IMG/VR virus record: IMGVR_UViG_3300047510_001499
Length of the DNA: 64,000 nucleotides
Origin: an uncultured virus (IMG/VR IMGVR_UViG_3300047510_001499)
Taxonomy: Duplodnaviria; Heunggongvirae; Uroviricota; Caudoviricetes
Reading direction: 5' to 3' (one strand)
This document shows, one piece after another, positions 57,379-64,000 of the stretch. Under the pieces are notes generated by a model that was given only the letters and a program-made list of their open reading frames with translations, did no database searches and was not told the DNA's origin. How positions within the stretch are numbered: the stretch's first letter is position 1; each line of letters begins with the position of its first letter. A program made the position numbers and the translations under genes.

Positions 57379-57558
57379 ATGAAAAAATACTTTGAATTGT
57401 TTATGACTATTATGTTCTCATTTCTTACGGGAGCTAAAGTCGTATTACTGACCAGACAAGAAGTTGTGACCAATTGGGATTTTGTCCACCTTGGTATCAA
57501 TATTTTCTTTATTTGGTTTTTTTCTTATCAACTATATAAAACTATTAAAGGAGAATAA
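57379..57558 (+). CDS. Small two-TM membrane protein
   Basis: ATG 57379 after promoter; hydrophobic. Confidence 0.55.
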   Translation: MKKYFELFMTIMFSFLTGAKVVLLTRQEVVTNWDFVHLGINIFFIWFFSYQLYKTIKGE

Positions 57559-57561
57559 GTT

Positions 57562-57849
57562 ATGAAATATCAACCTCTGAATGATTATGTTCTACTCAAA
57601 AAAACAAAAGTAGAAGAAAAGACCAAAGGTGGTCTTTACAAACCAGATACAGCCAAACAAGCTCAATTTGCAGAAGTTGTGGCTGTTGGTCCTGGTATTT
57701 TTACCCAAAACGGAAATCTTATTGAAATGAGATTAAAAGTAGGTGACCAAGTTATTTTGGATATTCCTGGCACCGAGGTTCGCTTGGATGGTGAAAAATA
57801 TGTATTGGTTCGTGAAAGTGATATCTTAATTCGTGTAAACAATGGATGA
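57562..57849 (+). CDS. groES: Co-chaperonin GroES
   Basis: PLND.VL, EEKTKGGL..PD.AK, VVAVGPG, KVGD.V, RESDIL. Confidence 0.95.
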   Translation: MKYQPLNDYVLLKKTKVEEKTKGGLYKPDTAKQAQFAEVVAVGPGIFTQNGNLIEMRLKVGDQVILDIPGTEVRLDGEKYVLVRESDILIRVNNG

Positions 57850-57937
57850 TATTGATTGGGTAGATGATGACTATCAGTACACCGAGTATTTAAAGAATAA
57901 TCCAACTTATACTGACTACGAAGACTTTGAGGATTAA
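57842..57937 (+). CDS. Tiny acidic peptide
   Basis: 31 aa MDDIDWVDDDYQYTEYLKNNPTYTDYEDFED, hand-translated, fills gap. Confidence 0.4.
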   Translation: MDDIDWVDDDYQYTEYLKNNPTYTDYEDFED

Positions 57938-57939
57938 AT

Positions 57940-58149
57940 ATGGATTTAGTAAATCGTGAACTCCGCAAACACCTTTTGTTTGTTTTAGATGCTGAAAAGT
58001 ATATATTCAGTAACCCAAAGCACTTGAAAGGTGTTGAGTCATATAATGACAAAAAGGTGATAGACAAGTTAAAAAATAGAGTTGGGGATGGTAAACTTTT
58101 ACGAGTTGAAGACCTTCAATTTTTGGAAACTATCTACGAAAAGTATTGA
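57940..58149 (+). CDS. Small hypothetical protein
   Basis: 69 aa ORF. Confidence 0.5.
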   Translation: MDLVNRELRKHLLFVLDAEKYIFSNPKHLKGVESYNDKKVIDKLKNRVGDGKLLRVEDLQFLETIYEKY

Positions 58150-58178
58150 GTTCACTACTTATATAAAAATGGAGTGTT

Positions 58179-58787
58179 ATGCAAAAGGGTGATAAAATGC
58201 CCAATGGTTATGTGTTAGGAGTCGGTAGGGCTCCACTAAACCTCACGGAGGCTCAGATTCGTTATGCGATGAAGAACTCCAAGAGCAATAGTGGTGCTGC
58301 ACGATTTCTGAACATATCATTGACTACCTATGAAAAATACTCCAAACTTTATATAGATGAGTCCACAGGTAAAACTTTGTGGGATTTACATAAAAACCAA
58401 AAAGGAGTCGGCGTAACCAAACCCTACAATGTAGATAAGGGTAAATACGCATTAACGGATGTGTTAGAGGGTAAATACCCAGACTATTCCGTTTATCTAC
58501 TTAAACGAAGATTAATTAGTAATGCTGGTAAAATAAAAGATTTCCCAGCAGAATGTCATAGTTGTGGATACAGTGAAAAACGACTATCTGATGGAACTAT
58601 TCCTTTGATTCTTGACCATATGGATGACAATTGGCATAATCATAAAAGGGATAATATCAGATTTTTATGTTATAATTGTTTTCACAATCTTCGTGGAAAC
58701 CTTCGTGGTAGACAACCCGAATGGAGAGTAGAACAAATTGAAAAAGCAAAAGAACTTTATAATCAACAACAAAAAGAACAAGAATAA
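58179..58787 (+). CDS. HNH endonuclease-like protein with N-terminal HTH
   Basis: AARFLNIS..TY; CHSCG...LDH.D....N....N.RFLCYNC. Confidence 0.8.
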   Translation: MQKGDKMPNGYVLGVGRAPLNLTEAQIRYAMKNSKSNSGAARFLNISLTTYEKYSKLYIDESTGKTLWDLHKNQKGVGVTKPYNVDKGKYALTDVLEGKYPDYSVYLLKRRLISNAGKIKDFPAECHSCGYSEKRLSDGTIPLILDHMDDNWHNHKRDNIRFLCYNCFHNLRGNLRGRQPEWRVEQIEKAKELYNQQQKEQE

Positions 58788-58790
58788 TCT

Positions 58791-60389
58791 ATGGGAAAGC
58801 AAGTATTTCACGGAAAACAATCAAGAGAAAAGCTCTTGGAAGGTGTAAACGAATTGGCTAATGCGGTCAAGGTAACACTTGGACCTCGTGGTCGTAATGT
58901 AATCATTCAAAAAGATTCAGCACCTCACATCACAAAAGATGGTGTTACGGTGGCTAAATCTATTGAGTTTAGTGATGCAGCCAAAAACTTGGGGGCTCAA
59001 GTTATTAAAGAGACTGCCCAACAAACCGCAGACCACGCAGGTGATGGTACAACTACATCTACTGTATTGGCTCAATCAATCTTTAACCAAGGTATGGCTG
59101 TGGTTGAAATGGGTGCTAATCCAATCTTACTTCGTAGGGGTATGGGAACTGCTGTGAGTGAAATCACAAAAATGTTGACCGAAGAAATCTCAATTAAAGT
59201 TGAGGACAACGAACAAGTAAAACAAGTTGCAACCATTTCTGCAAATGGTGATTCGGTGATTGGCGGTATGATTGCTGACGCAGTTAAGGAAGTAGGTCGT
59301 GATGGTGTAATCACGGTTGAAGAGGGAAACTCAAATGAGGATGAACTTGAAATCGTAGAAGGACTTCAGTTTGATAATGGATATCTATCTCACTACTTTA
59401 TCAACAACCAAACAAAACTCAATTGTGTTATTGATGAGCCAGTTGTATTGTTGTATGATGGTAAGATTTCTACAATGGACCAAATCATTCACGTTCTTGA
59501 AGCGGTATCAGCTCAAAGCAAACCAATTGTAGTTGTTGCTCACGATGTAGAAGGTGAAGCTCTTGCAACAATGGTTGTAAACTCCGTTCGTGGGACCCTA
59601 CGAGCTCTTGCTGTAAAAGCTCCGGGCTTTGGTAGTGAACGAACCGAAATCCTTCGTGATATGGCTGCTCTATTGGGTGGTAAGATGTTCGGAACTATTG
59701 ACGCTGACTTGGAAGACGCAACTTTGGAAGACTTGGGTTCTTGTGACAAAGTAGTATCTAACAAAAAAGAAACTACCCTAATTGGTGGTCACGGAGACGC
59801 AGACGCTTTGAAACTTCGTATTGACCAAATTAAGAACGAAATTTCCGAACAAAAGTCAGACTTTGAAAAAGAAAAACTCCACAAGCGTTTATCTAAATTG
59901 AGTGGTGGTGTGGCTGTAATCCGAGTAGGTGCTCAATCAGAGGTTGAAATGAAAGAAAAGAAAGACCTATTTGATGACGCACTCCTTGCAACTAAAGCTG
60001 CTTTGGAAGAGGGTATTGTCGCAGGTGGTGGTGCTGCTTTGTATCATTGCTCCAAGGACATTAACGAACCAAAGGGTGATGAACAATTAGGATACGCAAT
60101 TGTAATGAAGGCTTGTAAATCTCCAATGGAAGCAATCCTAAAGAACGCAGGACTTGACCACAACAAAGTTTTTGGGTTATTGGACGCAAACTACACTTCA
60201 GACACTTCTATGGGTTACGATGTAGTTAGTGAACAATTGGTCAATATGATTGAAAAGGGTATCATTGACCCAACAAAGGTGACTCGTACCGCTATTGAAA
60301 AAGCTGTTTCGGTTGCTGGAACACTACTTACTACTGAATGTATGATTGTAGAAGAGCCGGCAGAGAAAGAAAGTGAAGCGAAATCTTAA
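58791..60389 (+). CDS. groEL: Chaperonin GroEL
   Basis: TLGPRGRNV, TKDGVTVA, GDGTTT, KAPGFG, EEGIV.GGG, IIDP.KV; lacks the GGM tail. Confidence 0.96.
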   Translation: MGKQVFHGKQSREKLLEGVNELANAVKVTLGPRGRNVIIQKDSAPHITKDGVTVAKSIEFSDAAKNLGAQVIKETAQQTADHAGDGTTTSTVLAQSIFNQGMAVVEMGANPILLRRGMGTAVSEITKMLTEEISIKVEDNEQVKQVATISANGDSVIGGMIADAVKEVGRDGVITVEEGNSNEDELEIVEGLQFDNGYLSHYFINNQTKLNCVIDEPVVLLYDGKISTMDQIIHVLEAVSAQSKPIVVVAHDVEGEALATMVVNSVRGTLRALAVKAPGFGSERTEILRDMAALLGGKMFGTIDADLEDATLEDLGSCDKVVSNKKETTLIGGHGDADALKLRIDQIKNEISEQKSDFEKEKLHKRLSKLSGGVAVIRVGAQSEVEMKEKKDLFDDALLATKAALEEGIVAGGGAALYHCSKDINEPKGDEQLGYAIVMKACKSPMEAILKNAGLDHNKVFGLLDANYTSDTSMGYDVVSEQLVNMIEKGIIDPTKVTRTAIEKAVSVAGTLLTTECMIVEEPAEKESEAKS

Positions 60390-61050
60390 AAAAACGAAGA
60401 TGAAATACGAATACCTCAAAATGGAGGAAGAAGATGTTCGTATTGAACTCACGGACTACATTTTAGATTTTGAAAAACATTTCAAAAAATATTATGATGA
60501 AAGTGCTCGTTTAGTTTCACAAAAAAAATCCAAAGAACCGGAAGAAGCTCCAGATTTTGAAGAATTGGAGAAAGAATTTGAGAAAAAGCGTTTAGATTTA
60601 GCCCAAAAGCGTAAAAACTTGAAGGTTAAGTCTAAACGACTCAAATCTTTGTATAAAAAACTATCATCTATAACACATCCTGATGTAAATGGCGGTGATG
60701 ATGAAACATTCTTAAAAGTAAAATCTCACTTTGAAAAGGGTGAGTTTGCTGATTTGATTTCTATTGCTGAAGAACACAATATTGAGTTTGAACTTGGTGA
60801 GGATGAAATACAACTCATAAATAAAAGTATAGAACATATTGAATCGGAAATACAAAGGATGAAAAACACTTTGGCTTGGGGATGGGGTTCGGGTGATTTA
60901 AACACAAAAAAAACTATAATTAAGATAGTGGAACAACAAACTAATTTAAAAGTAAAAGTTGAAGATTATCCTGATGAGTTAAAGCCGGAAAAGCCAAAAG
61001 AAATAAAATTAATAGGTCAGCCCGGAAAAAACTTTGATAATTCAAATTAA
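60373..61050 (+). CDS. J-domain (DnaJ-like) protein
   Basis: LYKKLSSITHPDVNGG..F. Confidence 0.75.
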   Translation: MKRNLKKTKMKYEYLKMEEEDVRIELTDYILDFEKHFKKYYDESARLVSQKKSKEPEEAPDFEELEKEFEKKRLDLAQKRKNLKVKSKRLKSLYKKLSSITHPDVNGGDDETFLKVKSHFEKGEFADLISIAEEHNIEFELGEDEIQLINKSIEHIESEIQRMKNTLAWGWGSGDLNTKKTIIKIVEQQTNLKVKVEDYPDELKPEKPKEIKLIGQPGKNFDNSN

Positions 61051-61063
61051 TTTTGTATATTTG
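61033..61063 (+). promoter_or_regulatory. Bacteroidota-type promoter
   Basis: TTTG 61033-61036, 19 nt, TATATTTG 61056-61063. Confidence 0.78.
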
Positions 61064-61144
61064 TAATATGAATAACGACCAAATTTTCATTTATTGGGAT
61101 GAGTATCCCACCGAAACCACAAGTTCAATTAACAAGGATTAAAA

Positions 61145-61810
61145 ATGGCAAACTACGTTACTACATTTATCTTTATTTCAGGCAATTCTGACTTAATCAC
61201 TTCGTTGGATAAAAAACTATCATCGGTAGAGTTACAAGACAATCCGTTTGAACAAATGTCAACTGAACAAACCGCACGTTTGTTTTATGAAAATCAATAT
61301 GAAAACACCTATGAATGGATGTTACAAAATATTGGTGCAAAATGGTGTTATATTAACGAGTGGGATGTGATTAATGATACTGAAATGCAAATCACAATGA
61401 CTTCAGCTTGGTCATTTCCGGAATCGCTGGTTGAAAGAATGTATTCAGTTTGTAGTGAAACGGATGAAGAGTGTGAATTTTTAATTACTTATGAAGATGA
61501 GTCACTTGACCCGATTGGGGCTATGTACATTTCAAAGAATGGTTCACATATTGAAGAAAGTTCGTATGAATGGCCGCAAGAAGAGGATTATGAGACTCAA
61601 GATGAATACCTTGATGCTCTTGACTCTATGTGGGAAGAAATTGGTGATATCAAAGATGACCTATTGGAACAATGTAAACTAATAGTAAACGAAGCTGACT
61701 ATTTTGATAATGAAGGAACTGATATCTATACCGAACAAGAATTAGAAGAATTAAAGGATTGGGACACCACTTTGATGGATGGCTTAGAAGATGAAGATTG
61801 GAATGAGTAG
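61145..61810 (+). CDS. DUF1281/YubB ferredoxin-like protein with acidic tail
   Basis: MANY, W...NIGAKW, SAWS.P, YEDE. Confidence 0.65.
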   Translation: MANYVTTFIFISGNSDLITSLDKKLSSVELQDNPFEQMSTEQTARLFYENQYENTYEWMLQNIGAKWCYINEWDVINDTEMQITMTSAWSFPESLVERMYSVCSETDEECEFLITYEDESLDPIGAMYISKNGSHIEESSYEWPQEEDYETQDEYLDALDSMWEEIGDIKDDLLEQCKLIVNEADYFDNEGTDIYTEQELEELKDWDTTLMDGLEDEDWNE

Positions 61811-62165
61811 AATTTTTCTTATTGATATTGATGGGACTATTTGTGATGATATCAAAAATGAAGACAGTCACCTATATCCTACCGCTAATGTTTATCCAAA
61901 CGCATTAAATATAATCAATAAATGGTATGATGATGGTAATATCATCACATTTTTTACAGCAAGAGAATCCAAAGATAGATTGATTACTGAAAATTGGTTG
62001 AAAGAGAATGGGTTTAAATATCACGGATTGGTGATGGATAAACCAAGAATCAAAGATGGACAAGAATATGTTTGGATTGATAATAGAAAAGTCAGAGCAA
62101 TTACATACCTTGGAACTTGGTCGGAATTAAAAGAAGTGGACGCAAAAATACAAACATTTGAATAG
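61803..62165 (+). CDS. Small HAD-family phosphatase
   Basis: IDIDGTIC, FTAR, KPR, WIDN. Confidence 0.78.
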   Translation: MSRIFLIDIDGTICDDIKNEDSHLYPTANVYPNALNIINKWYDDGNIITFFTARESKDRLITENWLKENGFKYHGLVMDKPRIKDGQEYVWIDNRKVRAITYLGTWSELKEVDAKIQTFE

Positions 62166-63199
62166 TGAATCAGTTAGATGAAGATTACAAAGGATTGCTA
62201 GGTAGTTGTTTGTATAATAGTATAGAAAAAACGGACCGAACGGGTACCGGAACTCTTTCAGTATTTGGTAGACAAATCAAACACCGAATGAAAGATGGAT
62301 TTCCTTTGTTGACCACCAAAAAAATGGCTATCAAAACAATGATGACTGAATTAAAGTGGTTTTTGAAAGGAGATACTAATATAAAGTATTTGGTTGATAA
62401 TGGTTGTCATATTTGGGATGGTGATGCTTATAAGAACTATTGTAAAATTGCCGGCTCTGTTAAAGAACCTGATTATGATATTCATATAGATGACCCAAAT
62501 CAGAATTGTACTCGTTTGATGACCCAAGAAGAATTCATCAACAAAATCAAAACAAATGATGAGTTTGCTAATGAGTGGGGAGATTTAGGACCAATCTATG
62601 GAACACAATGGAGAGAATGGAATTACACAGATATAGACCAAATTGCAAACTTAATCAACGAACTTAAAACAAATCCAGACTCACGAAGGTTGATGGTATC
62701 TGCTTGGAACGTAGGAGAATTAAATCAAATGGTACTCCCGCCCTGTCACTACGGCTTCCAAGTTTATACCAGAGACCTGGGTCTGGATGAACGAATTGAG
62801 TTATACAATAGTGATAAATTACCAATGAACCAATCTTTGGATTATTTACACGAACAATTAGACTCTATGGGAGTTCCACGAAAAGGAATCTCACTAATGT
62901 GGAATCAAAGGTCAGTAGATACATTTTTAGGTCTACCATTTAACATCGCTTCCTACGCTACCCTACTAATTATCTTGGGTAAGGAGGTCAATATGATGCC
63001 AGATTATTTGATTGGAAGTTTGGGTGATGTTCACCTATATAAAAATCATATTGAACAAGCAAGAGAGCTTATTACACGAACTCCGTATAAATTACCAAAA
63101 CTTGAAATCACAAACTGTGATATTCAAAATGGTGAGTTTGATTGGGAACTCATCAACTATCAATCACATCCATCAATTAAAGCCCCTTTAAGTAATTAA
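62165..63199 (+). CDS. thyA: Thymidylate synthase
   Basis: DRTGTGT, FPLLTTKK, LGPIYG.QWR, LPPCH, QRSVD.FLGLPFNIASY. Confidence 0.96.
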   Translation: MNQLDEDYKGLLGSCLYNSIEKTDRTGTGTLSVFGRQIKHRMKDGFPLLTTKKMAIKTMMTELKWFLKGDTNIKYLVDNGCHIWDGDAYKNYCKIAGSVKEPDYDIHIDDPNQNCTRLMTQEEFINKIKTNDEFANEWGDLGPIYGTQWREWNYTDIDQIANLINELKTNPDSRRLMVSAWNVGELNQMVLPPCHYGFQVYTRDLGLDERIELYNSDKLPMNQSLDYLHEQLDSMGVPRKGISLMWNQRSVDTFLGLPFNIASYATLLIILGKEVNMMPDYLIGSLGDVHLYKNHIEQARELITRTPYKLPKLEITNCDIQNGEFDWELINYQSHPSIKAPLSN

Positions 63200-63200
63200 T

Positions 63201-63794
63201 ATGAAAAAAACACTATTTCTTTTACTTGCGTTCGTATCGCTGAACGCATTTGGTCAACTACGAGATTCTTTGTGGTGGACTAATCCATATTTCAAAATCG
63301 CATATTCAGAGGTATTGGAAGAACCACGTTGGGTTCAGTATCGTGTGGCTTGTCCAACGGGTAATGCTTCAAGAGCAGGGATGGATTTCTATGTAGAAAA
63401 AGGAATCAAAACATCAGACCACAAAGACTACGAAGCAAACGAGTGGGACAAAGGTCATATGGCTCCAGCAGCTCACTTTAATTGTACTCGTGAAATGTTA
63501 TTGGAAACCTTTACCTATATGAACTGCGCTCTTCAACACCAATCACTTAATCGTGGCGTTTGGAAACATTTGGAAGCTAAAGAACGTGAACTAGCAGCTC
63601 AATATCCAATTGTGGAAGTAACCATTCGTGTTCAGTTTGATAAGAATCCAAAAAGAGTTCCAACAGGCGCAGCTATTCCAAGTGGATTCTACAAAGAAAT
63701 TAAATACGGAAACAAACGTGAGTGTTATTATTTCCCTAACACCACACCAACTTTAAAAAGTTATAATGAATATAAATGTAATTGTAGGAACTAA
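63201..63794 (+). CDS. Secreted DNA/RNA non-specific endonuclease
   Basis: Signal peptide; DKGHMAPAA, N...Q...LNRG.W..LE, IP..FYK. Confidence 0.9.
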   Translation: MKKTLFLLLAFVSLNAFGQLRDSLWWTNPYFKIAYSEVLEEPRWVQYRVACPTGNASRAGMDFYVEKGIKTSDHKDYEANEWDKGHMAPAAHFNCTREMLLETFTYMNCALQHQSLNRGVWKHLEAKERELAAQYPIVEVTIRVQFDKNPKRVPTGAAIPSGFYKEIKYGNKRECYYFPNTTPTLKSYNEYKCNCRN

Positions 63795-63795
63795 A

Positions 63796-64000
63796 ATGAA
63801 AAAAACTCTACTATTTTTACCACTATTAGCTCTCATCGCTTGCGACCCAAAGGTGGAACCACAACCAATTCCAACTCAAAATAAAGTTATTACTTCAAAT
63901 ATTACCGAAAACACCACTTGGTATTCAGATACTGTTTATCAGTTGGGTGGTAGAATCACTGTTGTAGCCGGTGCAACTCTAACCATTGAGCCGGGAACAA
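63796..64000 (+). CDS. Lipoprotein (3'-truncated by window)
   Basis: MKKTLLFLPLLALIAC lipobox then NITENTTW...Y.L.GRI.V..GATLTIEPGT; not in track. Confidence 0.7.
   Translation, partial: MKKTLLFLPLLALIACDPKVEPQPIPTQNKVITSNITENTTWYSDTVYQLGGRITVVAGATLTIEPGT

Noticed and set aside
128..61871. Minus-strand and nested alternate-frame ORFs in the track
   Set aside because: They overlap well-supported + strand genes and show no recognisable motifs; treated as shadow ORFs.
62165..63199. thyA as a dCMP hydroxymethylase for modified cytosine
   Set aside because: Has the dUMP-specifying Asn (PFNIASY) and canonical ThyA motifs.
1..64000. Stop-codon reassignment (TAG/TGA), as in some large Bacteroidota phages
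   Set aside because: Conserved genes are full length in code 11; nrdA ends at TAG right after CLSCDG and the polymerase ends at TGA.
1..64000. Bacterial chromosome or eukaryotic giant virus origin
   Set aside because: Single-strand dense gene packing, phage-type clamp/loader, Mom genes and endolysin together with bacterial promoters fit a large bacteriophage; capsid and terminase genes are not in this window, so this remains an inference.

Overview
A 64 kb, gene-dense, AT-rich segment in which essentially every credible gene is on the + strand. It is best read as part of a large lytic tailed-phage genome, probably infecting a Bacteroidota (Flavobacteria-like) host: there are Bacteroidota-type TTTG-N19/20-TAnnTTTG promoters and a T9SS sorting-domain protein. 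Layout: (1) nucleotide/nitrogen metabolism (nrdB end, MazG-like, nrdA, type II glutamine synthetase); (2) a replication block (family B polymerase, PCNA/gp45-like clamp, RFC-like loader) interleaved with candidate DNA-modification genes (three Mom-like GNATs, DUF4338, a GT-B glycosyltransferase, Nmad1/DUF1599); (3) a ~15.6 kb glycosylation island with a carbamoyltransferase and a NeuB/NeuA nonulosonic-acid pathway; (4) an endolysin followed by an envelope operon (T9SS-sorted cohesin/dockerin-like protein, CsgG-like lipoprotein, beta-barrel, lectin adhesins); (5) putative head-internal proteins with (I/L/V)-x-E sites, including an apparent polyprotein; (6) small genes behind TTAACA-repeat promoters, an N-formyl-sugar cassette, groES/groEL/J-domain, thyA and a secreted nuclease. 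No tRNA, rRNA, CRISPR array or IS element was recognised. All family calls come from motif recognition by eye, not from database searches.
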